From positions 3,521,340 through 3,585,339 of the forward strand of contig OZ257154.1 of assembly GCA_965279325.1 (NCBI GenBank): a DNA stretch of 64,000 nt, in the 5' to 3' direction. Shown here piece after piece: positions 36,460-47,892 of the stretch (position 1 is the stretch's first letter; every line of letters begins with the position of its first letter). The translations under genes were made by a program, and so were the position numbers. The notes beneath the pieces were generated by a model, which was given only the letters and a program-made list of their open reading frames with translations, ran no database searches and was not told the origin of the DNA. The stretch comes from Burkholderiales bacterium (GTDB lineage Bacteria; Pseudomonadota; Gammaproteobacteria; Burkholderiales; Ga0077523).

Positions 36460-37419
36460 ATGTCTGTTTTCACACGCGTCTCGCCCGAGCAACTCGCCGA
36501 GTGGCTCAAGGGGTACTCGATCGGGCACCTGACCGAACTGAAGGGTATCCTCGCGGGCATCGAGAACACCAACTACTTCGTCACCACGACCCACGGGCGC
36601 TACGTGCTGACGTTGTTCGAGAAGCTCAAACCGGCGGAGCTGCCCTTCTACCTCAACCTGATGGCCCACCTGTCCAGCCATGGACTGCCGTGCCCCAAGC
36701 CGATCGCGAATCTGGACAACGATTTTCTCGGTCACCTGAACGGCAAGCCGGCGGCGCTCGTCACGTGCCTCGAAGGCGCGCCCGTGATGACGCCCGGCGT
36801 GGACCAGTGCGCGCGCGTGGGCGAGGTGCTCGCCGACCTGCATCTGGCGGGCCGGTCCTACCGGGGCCAGCTCGACAATCTGCGCGGACCGAAGTGGTGG
36901 AACGCGACGGCGCCGGAACTGCTGCCGTTTCTTTCCGATGAGAACAAGGCCATGCTGACCGAGGAAGTGCGGTTCCAGTCGAGTCACCGGCTCGACGACC
37001 TGCCACGCGGTGTGGTCCATGCAGATCTGTTCCGCGACAACGTGCTGTTCCATGGCGAGGCCATCGGCGGGGTCATCGACTTCTACTTCGCGTGCATCGA
37101 CGTGTTGCTCTACGACGTGGCCATCACGGTCAACGACTGGTGCATGACCGACGATTGCGAGCTCGATCCCGTGCGTACCCGTGCCCTGCTCGATGCCTAT
37201 CGCGCCACGCGGGATTTCACCGAAGCCGAACGCACCGCGTGGCCGGTGATGTTGCGCGCGGGAGCGCTGCGCTTCTGGGTGTCGCGCCTGTACGATTTTC
37301 ACCTGCCGCGGCCCGGCGATCTCACCCACGCACATGACCCGGCGCGTTTCGAGCGCATCCTGCGCCACCACGTGACGGCGGCCGCGCGTCCCGACCGCAC
37401 CCTGCGACTAGTAGCGTAA
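36460..37419 (+). CDS. thrB: Homoserine kinase (APH-fold type)
   Basis: GIENTNYFVTTTHGRYVLTLFE and HADLFRDNVLF motifs. Confidence 0.85.
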   Translation: MSVFTRVSPEQLAEWLKGYSIGHLTELKGILAGIENTNYFVTTTHGRYVLTLFEKLKPAELPFYLNLMAHLSSHGLPCPKPIANLDNDFLGHLNGKPAALVTCLEGAPVMTPGVDQCARVGEVLADLHLAGRSYRGQLDNLRGPKWWNATAPELLPFLSDENKAMLTEEVRFQSSHRLDDLPRGVVHADLFRDNVLFHGEAIGGVIDFYFACIDVLLYDVAITVNDWCMTDDCELDPVRTRALLDAYRATRDFTEAERTAWPVMLRAGALRFWVSRLYDFHLPRPGDLTHAHDPARFERILRHHVTAAARPDRTLRLVA

Positions 37420-37421
37420 CC

Positions 37422-38162
37422 ATGCCCGAGATCCGACGCGTCGCTTTCACCCGGGGCTGGTACTGGATCGCCGAAGGCTGGCGCCTGTTCCTGCGCAAGC
37501 CGCTCACCGGCATCGTGTTCACGTTCGCGCTCTGGGGCATCATCGTGGTGAGCGGCATCCACTGGATGCTTGCGTCGGCCATCGCGGTGCTGCTGCCGGT
37601 GTTTCTCGCTGGCTGGGTGGTGGCCTGCGACACGATCGCGCGCGGCGAGCCGGTCCCGGTGACGATGTTCTTCGAAGGCTTCCGCCGCCGCACCGCCGAA
37701 CTGGGTGCCATCGGCGGCTTCAACGTGATCGCCAACCTGCTCATCCTGATGATCGTCTTCGCCGTGGGCGGCGAGACGCTGGGCAAGTTGATGAGCGACC
37801 CGACGTCGGTGGACCAGGCGACCATGCTCGAAGCCTATCCGCGCATCATGCAGGCGCTATTCCTGGGCGTGCTGGTCGGCGTGCCGGTGGCGATGGCGGT
37901 CTGGTTCGCGCCGCTCGCCGTGGCGCTGGACGGCATCCGGCCGCCGCAGGCGCTGCTCGGTTCGCTGCGAGCCATGGCCAGGAACATGCTGCCCTTCCTC
38001 CTCTACAGCATCGTCTGGAGCATCGTCGGCATCGCGCTGTTCAGCGTCGCAAGCGCGCTGTTCAGTCCGCGCGCCGCGCTCGGCATCGCGGTCTGGATCA
38101 TGATGCCGGTGCTGGTGCCCAGCGTGTACGTGAGCTACCGCGACATCTTCAAGGCTGCGTAG
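37422..38162 (+). CDS. Polytopic membrane protein of unknown function
   Basis: Multiple hydrophobic segments. Position after thrB resembles conserved betaproteobacterial membrane proteins; family not assigned. Confidence 0.6.
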   Translation: MPEIRRVAFTRGWYWIAEGWRLFLRKPLTGIVFTFALWGIIVVSGIHWMLASAIAVLLPVFLAGWVVACDTIARGEPVPVTMFFEGFRRRTAELGAIGGFNVIANLLILMIVFAVGGETLGKLMSDPTSVDQATMLEAYPRIMQALFLGVLVGVPVAMAVWFAPLAVALDGIRPPQALLGSLRAMARNMLPFLLYSIVWSIVGIALFSVASALFSPRAALGIAVWIMMPVLVPSVYVSYRDIFKAA

Positions 38163-38181
38163 GCCGAAGCCCCCACCCTGA

Positions 38182-38245
38182 CCCTCCCCCGGCAAAGCCA
38201 GGGGAGGGGATGTACACCCCTTCCCCCACCTTCGGTGGGGGAAGG
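38182..38245. terminator. Two GC-rich hairpins between convergent genes
   Basis: CCCTCCCC-N11-GGGGAGGG (38182-38208). CCTTCCCCCACC-TTCG-GTGGGGGAAGG with a C(UUCG)G loop (38219-38245). No clear U-tract. Confidence 0.4.
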
Positions 38246-38266
38246 CTGGGATGGGGGCAACGCTGC

Positions 38267-40450
38267 TCACGCTGCCGTAAGCTTCGCGTATTCGAGCGCG
38301 AGCCACTTGAGGCCCGCGTTGCGGAAATTGACCTGCACGCGCGCATCCGCACCGCGGCCCTCCGCATTCACGATGACGCCGGTCCCGAACTTCGGGTGCT
38401 GGACATTCTGGCCCACACGCCAGCCGGTATCGCCGGCGGTGGCCGAAGCGAACGGCGACGGCGCAGCAGCGCGAAACGGTGCCGGGGCCCACGAGTGGAC
38501 CGGGCGGGCATTGAGGCGCTTCATCAACTTCTCGGGCAACTCCTCGAGAAAGCGCGACGCGACGTTGTAGCGCGTCTGCCCATGCAGCATTCGCGACTGG
38601 GCGTACGACAGATACAGTCGTCGCCGGGCCCGCGTGATCGCGACGTACATCAGACGGCGCTCCTCCTCGAGCCCGTGGTTCTCGTTCAGGCTGTTCTCGT
38701 GCGGGAACAGCCCTTCCTCGAGCCCGCCGACGAACACCGCGTGAAACTCGAGCCCCTTGGCCGAATGCACGGTCATGAGCTGCAGCGCGTCTTCGCCCGC
38801 TCCTGCCTGGTGTTCACCGGCCTCGAGCGACGCATGCGCCAGGAACGCCGTGAGTGCGGCGAGCGGATCGTTCGGATCGGCGGTCCCGCCGCCCTCGGCG
38901 GCCGGATCGTAGATCTCCTCGACGACGAAGGAAGCCGCGGCATTGACCAGTTCGTCGAGGTTCTCGAGCCGTTCCGCGCCCTCCTTCTCGGTCTGGTAAT
39001 GCTGCTTCAGCCCGCTGCCGTCGATGGTGTGCTCGATGATCTCCGCGAGCGGCAATCCCGTGACCTGCCGGCGCAGCCCCTCGATCAATTGCACGAAGGC
39101 ACCGATGGCCTTGCCCCCGAGCGCACCGGCGCAGGCGGCCTGCCACAGGCTGGTGCCCCTCTGCTTCGCCGCCTCCTGCAACTGCTCGATGCTCCGGTTG
39201 CCGATGCCGCGCGTGGGGAAATTGATCACCCGCAGCAGCGCGCCATCGTCCTCGGCATTGGCGATGAGTCGCAGGTAGGCGAGCGCGTGCTTGACCTCCT
39301 GGCGTTCGAAGAAGCGCAGCCCGCCGTAGACCCGGTAGCTGATTCCGGCATTGAACAACGCGTGTTCCAGCACCCGCGACTGCGCGTTCGATCGATACAG
39401 CAGCGCCATGTCGGACAGGCGCACATCTTCGCGCTTGAGGTTCTTCACCTCGTCGACGATGAACGTGGCCTCCTCCACGTCCGTCGTGGCTTCGAAGACG
39501 CGCAAGGGTTCGCCGATGCCTTCGGCGGTCCAGAGATTCTTGCCGAGCCGCTCGCGGTTGTGCGAGATGAGAGCGTTCGCGGCGTCGAGGATGTTGCCGT
39601 GGGAGCGGTAGTTCTGCTCGAGCTTGATGACCTTCTCGATGCGGAAGTCGCGCTCGAAGGACGCCATGTTGCCGACGTCGGCGCCACGGAAGGCATATAT
39701 CGATTGGTCATCATCACCTACCGCGAACACCGCCGCCTCCTGGCCCGCCAGCAGTTTCAACCAGCCGTACTGCAGCTTGTTCGTATCCTGGAATTCGTCC
39801 ACCAGGATGTGCTGGAAGCGCGCCTGGTAGTGGGCACGCAACACCTCGTTGCGCTTCAGGAGTTCGTAGCAGCGCAGCAGCAGCTCGGCGAAATCGACCA
39901 CGCCTTCCTGGTTGCACTGGCGGTCGTACGCGGCATAGATGTCGGTCAGGCGGCGTGAGAAATCGTCGACCGGTTCCACCTGCGGAGCACGCAGTCCGGC
40001 GTCCTTCTGGCCGTTGATGAACCACTGGACCTGGCGCGGCGGAAACTTCTCGTCGTCCACGTTGAGCGAGCGCATCACGCGCTTCACCATCGCCAGCTGG
40101 TCGCTCGTGTCCAGGATCTGGAACGACTGCGGCAGGGCCGCGTCGCGATGATGCGTGCGCAGCAGGCGGTTGCACAGGCCGTGGAAGGTGCCGACCCACA
40201 TGCCGCGGGTGTTGATCGGCAGCATGGCCGAGATGCGCGTGAGCATCTCCCGGGAAGCCTTGTTGGTGAAGGTCACCGCGAGCAGCGCCATCGGACTCAC
40301 CTGCCCGGTCTGGATCAGCCACGCGATCCGCGTCGTCAGTACGCGCGTCTTGCCGCTGCCCGCGCCTGCGAGGATCAGCGCCGACATGCGTGGGAGGGTG
40401 ACCGCTTCGAGCTGTTGCGGGTTGAGGCCGTCGAGAATGGAAGAGGTCAT
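38267..40450 (-). CDS. uvrD: DNA helicase II UvrD
   Basis: LILAGAGSGKTRVLT (Walker A), VDEFQDTN, TVHSAKGLEF and a UvrD-type C-terminal domain. Confidence 0.88.
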   Translation of the reverse strand: MTSSILDGLNPQQLEAVTLPRMSALILAGAGSGKTRVLTTRIAWLIQTGQVSPMALLAVTFTNKASREMLTRISAMLPINTRGMWVGTFHGLCNRLLRTHHRDAALPQSFQILDTSDQLAMVKRVMRSLNVDDEKFPPRQVQWFINGQKDAGLRAPQVEPVDDFSRRLTDIYAAYDRQCNQEGVVDFAELLLRCYELLKRNEVLRAHYQARFQHILVDEFQDTNKLQYGWLKLLAGQEAAVFAVGDDDQSIYAFRGADVGNMASFERDFRIEKVIKLEQNYRSHGNILDAANALISHNRERLGKNLWTAEGIGEPLRVFEATTDVEEATFIVDEVKNLKREDVRLSDMALLYRSNAQSRVLEHALFNAGISYRVYGGLRFFERQEVKHALAYLRLIANAEDDGALLRVINFPTRGIGNRSIEQLQEAAKQRGTSLWQAACAGALGGKAIGAFVQLIEGLRRQVTGLPLAEIIEHTIDGSGLKQHYQTEKEGAERLENLDELVNAAASFVVEEIYDPAAEGGGTADPNDPLAALTAFLAHASLEAGEHQAGAGEDALQLMTVHSAKGLEFHAVFVGGLEEGLFPHENSLNENHGLEEERRLMYVAITRARRRLYLSYAQSRMLHGQTRYNVASRFLEELPEKLMKRLNARPVHSWAPAPFRAAAPSPFASATAGDTGWRVGQNVQHPKFGTGVIVNAEGRGADARVQVNFRNAGLKWLALEYAKLTAA

Positions 40451-40618
40451 GAGCGGTCGGGATTATAGGGGGCGCATCGCGCCGACCGGCAGCGGCGTTG
40501 CGCGGGTCATCTGGTATCGTTTCGGCCCGACATGCACGTTGAAGGGCAGCCCCTTCCGTCCCACCAGGAGCAGAGCTTGAACAATTCCCGCGCAGTCCCG
40601 GTTGTCCAATCCACTTCG

Positions 40619-40993
40619 ATGCGCACCCCCCGGTGGCGCTGGTCCGCCCTGCTGGCGCTGGCAATGATCGCGACCACGGCCAAGGCGGCCGAGGACGCGC
40701 AGCCGGTGCTGGTGACCATCGACTGGATTGGGGGCGATCGCTGCGAATTCATGCTGACGAAGGACGACGAAGGTTACGGCATCGTCCTCAAGATGGATCC
40801 GATCATTCCGCTCGCCCCCGGCGACGTGCTCAAGGGCAAGCTCTCGAGCATCAATTTCACCGGCCGCGTGGTGAAGGAGCCCTCCGGCGAGGCGACGATG
40901 ATGCGAGCCATGATGTACGGCGCCCGTCGCAAGGACGCGGTCAAACAGATCAAGATCTGGTCGCGCTTCTGCAAGCCGCCGGTGGAGGAGTAG
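40619..40993 (+). CDS. Small secreted hypothetical protein
   Basis: ATG 40619 verified. Signal peptide MRTPRWRWSALLALAMIATTAKAAED. No family recognised. Confidence 0.5.
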   Translation: MRTPRWRWSALLALAMIATTAKAAEDAQPVLVTIDWIGGDRCEFMLTKDDEGYGIVLKMDPIIPLAPGDVLKGKLSSINFTGRVVKEPSGEATMMRAMMYGARRKDAVKQIKIWSRFCKPPVEE

Positions 40994-41002
40994 CGCGCGG
41001 GG

Positions 41003-41157
41003 TCAGCCCTCGCCGGGCCTGCCATCGACCGGAGGCCGATGGCCTTCGGAAGGCACAGACAGTCCGCAGGGACTGTCTGTGTCCGGCCTCAGTCCGCAAG
41101 AGGGCTGGCCCCCCGGGGGGAGAGGCCGCAAGGCCTATCGGGGGGAACGTCACCTCA
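41003..41157. repeat. REP-like GC-rich intergenic element, copy 2 (with ~75-bp internal insertion)
   Basis: Shares both ends with 24129-24207. Extra segment includes the perfect palindrome CACAGACAGTCC-GCAG-GGACTGTCTGTG (about 41054-41081). Confidence 0.8.
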
Positions 41158-41832
41158 GTTCTCGATGCGGCGATAGAACAGCGTGTAGCCCACCCAGTTG
41201 GCGAAGCGGTAACCCAGGCCGGCGAGCAGCCGGTGCAGGTCGGAGGCGAGGATCTCGTCGATGTCGGTCGACAGGCGTTCCACCAGGATCAACGCCGGTC
41301 GGTAGCGCGCGAAGTCCAGGCCGCGAAGCACGTTCACGTCTTCGCCTTCCACGTCCACGTTGAGCAGGTCGATCGGGCGATCGCGAAACGTCGACGCATC
41401 CAGGATGGCCGTGAGCGTCGTGGTGGTCACTTCGCGCGTTCGACTGAATTCCCCGGCATCGGCGCCATCGGCGATCTCCGCGCTCAACGTCGCACGGGTG
41501 GAGTACCACTTGTCGGTGTAGACGTGGCGGACGACGGCGCGGTCGGAAACGGCTGCCACGATGCTGAGGTCACCAGGCCTCAGGAGACGGAAGGCGAGGA
41601 TCTTCGCCTCGTCCAGGTCGATATTGATGCCGCGCCAGCCGCGCTGCCGCAACAGATGGGTGTTCGAGCCCTTGGTCGGGTGATAGGCGCCGACATCCAC
41701 GTAGAACCCGTTGCGACGGTCGGACAGCCAGCTCGCGAGCACGCAGTCCTCGCCGTACTGGGACCAGTGGGATTTGGCTGCCCGCGTCAGCACGCTCTTG
41801 CGGACCACCTTCAACTTCTCGAGCAGCTTCAT
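41155..41832 (-). CDS. FkbM-family methyltransferase
   Basis: ATG 41832 verified, preceded by GGGGAGGAAG. YVDVGAYHPTKGSNT and LLNVDVEGEDVNVLRG motifs. Confidence 0.75.
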   Translation of the reverse strand: MKLLEKLKVVRKSVLTRAAKSHWSQYGEDCVLASWLSDRRNGFYVDVGAYHPTKGSNTHLLRQRGWRGINIDLDEAKILAFRLLRPGDLSIVAAVSDRAVVRHVYTDKWYSTRATLSAEIADGADAGEFSRTREVTTTTLTAILDASTFRDRPIDLLNVDVEGEDVNVLRGLDFARYRPALILVERLSTDIDEILASDLHRLLAGLGYRFANWVGYTLFYRRIEN

Positions 41833-41894
41833 CTTCCTCCCCGCGGAATGCGACGCCGCGGCATTCTGCCTCATGCCGCGGGGAAGGGACGGCG

Positions 41895-42773
41895 TTACAT
41901 GGACACGGCGGGCTCCGCCAGTTCGAATTCCGTCCGAAGCCGCTTGCCCAGCGCCAGTGCTTCGGCGCGGGATGGCAGGCCGGCGATCCTGACCTGGTAG
42001 GTCGTGGCCTCTCCGGCAGTGACTGGCCGGATCGATGCGGGATAGCCCGCTCCCCGCAGTCGGTCGTAAAGGGCCAGAGCGCCGCCCTGATCGGCGAAGC
42101 TCCCGGCCACGACCTTCCATTTGCCACCCGCACGCGCGGCCCCGCTGCCGGCGGCGATCTCGGTCTCGGCGGCGTACTTCAGGAGGTCAGGCATCGAGAC
42201 CGTGCCGAGCGGCGGCGTCGCCATGTCCTTCGGTGCATTGAACACCGACAGGGGCTGGTCCATGGCGACCTCGGGCGCATCGCCGCGTTGCACGGCGATC
42301 TTGCCTTCGATCAGGACCACGAACTCGCGATCGGCCTCGGCCTTGCCCCAGAGATCGGTGCCGCGGATGCCGGCGGTCACCGTGGGCAGCTGAATCCGGA
42401 TGTCGCGCTGCATCCGCGCCTTCGCGAGCGCCGAGGTGGTGAATCGGAACGCCCCGGTCAGCACCTGCAGCGTGGCCCGGAAGAGCCCCGCGTTCTCCTC
42501 GGCGCGTCCGGCCGTCGCGACGACGAAACGGGCGTTCTCGCCGAGCTTCACCGCACTGCCGTCCCCCAGGCGCAGCAACACGCGCGAACCGGTCGCCGTG
42601 GTGATCTCGTCCGCCGGCCGCAGGCTGTTGCCCACCGCGAGCGGCTGCTTTGCCGCCCCACGGGTGACCCAGGCCGGCATGTTCAGCCCCTCCACCACCA
42701 CTTCGTTGGCAGCCTGGACGTCGGCCGTGACGGCTGCGACCAGTGCGGTCGCCATGAACCACTTCGAAACCAT
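41895..42773 (-). CDS. Periplasmic FecR-domain protein with C-terminal SPOR domain
   Basis: Start at 42773 with AGGAGA upstream; signal peptide. FecR-like core (RVLLRLGDGSAVKL...TAGIRGTDLWG). C-terminus WKVVAGSFADQGGALALYDRLRGAGYPASI...YQVRIAGLPSRAEA resembles SPOR. Confidence 0.7.
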   Translation of the reverse strand: MVSKWFMATALVAAVTADVQAANEVVVEGLNMPAWVTRGAAKQPLAVGNSLRPADEITTATGSRVLLRLGDGSAVKLGENARFVVATAGRAEENAGLFRATLQVLTGAFRFTTSALAKARMQRDIRIQLPTVTAGIRGTDLWGKAEADREFVVLIEGKIAVQRGDAPEVAMDQPLSVFNAPKDMATPPLGTVSMPDLLKYAAETEIAAGSGAARAGGKWKVVAGSFADQGGALALYDRLRGAGYPASIRPVTAGEATTYQVRIAGLPSRAEALALGKRLRTEFELAEPAVSM

Positions 42774-42866
42774 GTCTCTCTCCTGGTGTTGCAGGGCCGC
42801 GCTCCCCACCAGCCCGGCCTGAGATACGGCGCCGGATGCCTGTTGGATGGGGGGCCACGGGTATAA

Positions 42867-45479
<2,613 letters not shown>

Positions 45480-45482
45480 ATC

Positions 45483-45577
45483 CGTGAGGGGTAAGGCGTG
45501 AGGCGTGAGGCGGGGACGGACCATGGCGCCGACGCTCCGCCGTGCGGGGTTGCACCCCTCACGCCTCACGCCTCACG
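45483..45577. repeat. Inverted arrays of GTGAGGC-type heptamers
   Basis: CGTGAGGGGTAAGGCGTGAGGCGTGAGGCGGGG ... ~40 nt ... CCCCTCACGCCTCACGCCTCACG. Begins 4 nt after the leuS stop. Confidence 0.85.
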
Positions 45578-46100
45578 TTGCACGAACCCACGCCTCGCCA
45601 GGCGCACAGCGATCCTGGTCGCGATCACGGCCGTCTTGACGGCCTCCTGCGGCTTCCAGTTGCGCGGCCGGGCGGACCTGCCGTTCGAGACGATCTTCGT
45701 GGAGGGCATGGACTATTCGCCCTTCACCGGCCAGCTCCGGCGTGCCATCGAGACGGCGAGCAGCACGCGCCTCCTGAACAGCGTCGAGGGTGCCCAGGCT
45801 GTCCTGACCCTGCTCGGCGAATCGCAGGAGCGCACGATTCTCGCGTTGTCCGGCGGTGGTCGCGTGCGCGAGTTCCAGTTGCGCTATCGCGTGAGCTTTC
45901 GCGTGCACGACGGCAAGGGCAAGGAATGGTTGCCGATCGACGAAGTGATCCTGCGCCGGGACTTGACCTACGACGATACCCAGGTGCTGGCGAAGGAAGC
46001 GGAAGCGCAGTTGTTGTTCAAGGACATGCAGAGCGATGCCGTGAACCAGGTCCTGCGCCGCATCCAGGCGATCCGGGCCGCTTCCACGCTGGACAGTTGA
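45498..46100 (+). CDS. lptE: LPS-assembly lipoprotein LptE
   Basis: Lipobox LTASC followed by GFQLRG, and an LptE-like body. The only canonical in-frame start upstream of the lipobox is the GTG at 45498 inside the repeat; start uncertain. Confidence 0.75.
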   Translation: MRREAGTDHGADAPPCGVAPLTPHASRCTNPRLARRTAILVAITAVLTASCGFQLRGRADLPFETIFVEGMDYSPFTGQLRRAIETASSTRLLNSVEGAQAVLTLLGESQERTILALSGGGRVREFQLRYRVSFRVHDGKGKEWLPIDEVILRRDLTYDDTQVLAKEAEAQLLFKDMQSDAVNQVLRRIQAIRAASTLDS

Positions 46101-46104
46101 GGCG

Positions 46105-47265
46105 ATGAGCGCCGCCGCCGCTTCCGTGGCCGATTCCGTCGGTGCGGTGACGCCGATCGATGCGTCGTTCGAGGAGCCGCTGCGGTTGAAAAGCGGTGCC
46201 GTCATGCCGCAGTACTCGCTGCGCTATGAAACCTACGGCACCCTGAATGCACAGCGCACGAACGCGGTGCTGGTCTGCCATGCGCTGAACGCGTCCCATC
46301 ACGTGGCTGGTTGGTATGCGGAAGATCCGCGCAACGTCGGCTGGTGGGACAACCTGATCGGTCCCGGCAAGCCGGTGGACACCAACCGGTTCTTCGTGAT
46401 CGGCGTGAACAACCTCGGCGGCTGCCACGGCTCCACCGGACCGGCCACCACGAATCCCGCGACCGGCCGGCCGTGGGGCGCGGATTTCCCGGTGGTCACG
46501 GTGGACGACTGGGTGGAAACGCAGGCGCGCCTTGCCACCCATCTCGGGATCGAACGGTTCGCCGCGGTGATCGGCGGGAGCCTGGGCGCGATGCAGGCGC
46601 TGCAATGGACCATCAGCCATCCCGATCGTGTGGGTCTCGCGCTGGTGAGCGCGGCCGCGCCAAAGCTCTCGGCGCAGAACATCGCCTTCAACGAAGTGGC
46701 GCGCCAGGCCATCACGACCGATCCCGATTTCCACGGCGGCAACTTCTACGCCCATGGCGTCGTGCCGCGGCGCGGTCTGCGCCTGGCGCGCATGCTGGGC
46801 CACATCACCTATCTGTCCGACGATGCGATGGCCGAGAAATTCGGTCGCGAATTGCGCGGCGGCGGATTCAAGTTCGGCTTCGACGTGGAGTTCGAGATCG
46901 AGTCCTACCTCCGTTACCAGGGCGACAAGTTCTCGACCTACTTCGACGCCAATACCTACCTCCGCATCACCAAGGCACTCGACTATTTCGATCCGGCGCT
47001 CGAGCACGGCGGCAAGCTGTCGGCCGCGATGGCGCACGCGAAGGCGCGGTATCTCGTCGTTTCGTTCACCTCCGACTGGCGGTTCTCGCCGGCGCGCTCG
47101 CGCGAGATCGTCAAGGCGTTGCTCGAGAATCGTCTCGACGTGACCTACGCGGAGATCGATGCGCCGCACGGCCACGACGCGTTCCTGATGGAGGATCCGC
47201 GCTATCACGCGCTGATTCGCGCGACGATGGACAACATTCCGCTCGGAACAACGAGGGCGGCATGA
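46105..47265 (+). CDS. metX: Homoserine O-acyltransferase MetX
   Basis: Alpha/beta-hydrolase MetX pattern ([32 protein letters not shown]). Confidence 0.88.
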   Translation: MSAAAASVADSVGAVTPIDASFEEPLRLKSGAVMPQYSLRYETYGTLNAQRTNAVLVCHALNASHHVAGWYAEDPRNVGWWDNLIGPGKPVDTNRFFVIGVNNLGGCHGSTGPATTNPATGRPWGADFPVVTVDDWVETQARLATHLGIERFAAVIGGSLGAMQALQWTISHPDRVGLALVSAAAPKLSAQNIAFNEVARQAITTDPDFHGGNFYAHGVVPRRGLRLARMLGHITYLSDDAMAEKFGRELRGGGFKFGFDVEFEIESYLRYQGDKFSTYFDANTYLRITKALDYFDPALEHGGKLSAAMAHAKARYLVVSFTSDWRFSPARSREIVKALLENRLDVTYAEIDAPHGHDAFLMEDPRYHALIRATMDNIPLGTTRAA

Positions 47266-47882
47266 ACCTGGCGCTTCCCGGCCGTTCCGACTTCGACGCC
47301 ATCGCCGCCTGGGTGAAGCCCGGCGCGCACGTGCTCGACCTCGGCTGCGGCGACGGCTCGCTGCTGCGCTTCCTCAAGGAGGCGCGCGGCGCGAGCGGCT
47401 ACGGCGTGGACATCGCCGACGACAACGTGCTCGCGTGCGCGAAGAACGGCGTGAGCGTGATCCAGAGCGACCTCGAAGCCGGACTTTCCGGTTTCGACAC
47501 CGGATCGTTCGATTGCGTGATCCTGTCGCAGACCCTGCAGGCGATGAAGCACACCGAGCGCATCCTCAAGGAGATCCTGCGCGTGGGTCGCGAGGGCATC
47601 GTGAGCTTCCCGAACTTCGCCTACTGGCGCGTGCGGCTGCAACTGCTCAACGGGCACATGCCGGTATCGAAGGAACTGCCCTACCAGTGGTACGACACGC
47701 CCAACATCCACCTGTTCACGCTCTCGGACTTCGAGACCTTCTGCCGTGGCCATGGCGTGCGCATCCTCGAGCGCGTTGTGCTCACCGCCGGCCGGCCCGT
47801 CACTCGATGGCCGAACATGCTCGGGACGCTCGCGGTGTACCGCCTGGACCGCGCCCCCGGTGCCGTCCCCGTCGCCCCTTGA
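47262..47882 (+). CDS. metW: Methionine biosynthesis protein MetW
   Basis: ATGA overlap with the metX stop. [15 protein letters not shown] motif; MetW-like throughout. Confidence 0.88.
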   Translation: MNLALPGRSDFDAIAAWVKPGAHVLDLGCGDGSLLRFLKEARGASGYGVDIADDNVLACAKNGVSVIQSDLEAGLSGFDTGSFDCVILSQTLQAMKHTERILKEILRVGREGIVSFPNFAYWRVRLQLLNGHMPVSKELPYQWYDTPNIHLFTLSDFETFCRGHGVRILERVVLTAGRPVTRWPNMLGTLAVYRLDRAPGAVPVAP

Positions 47883-47892
47883 TTCCGGTCTA

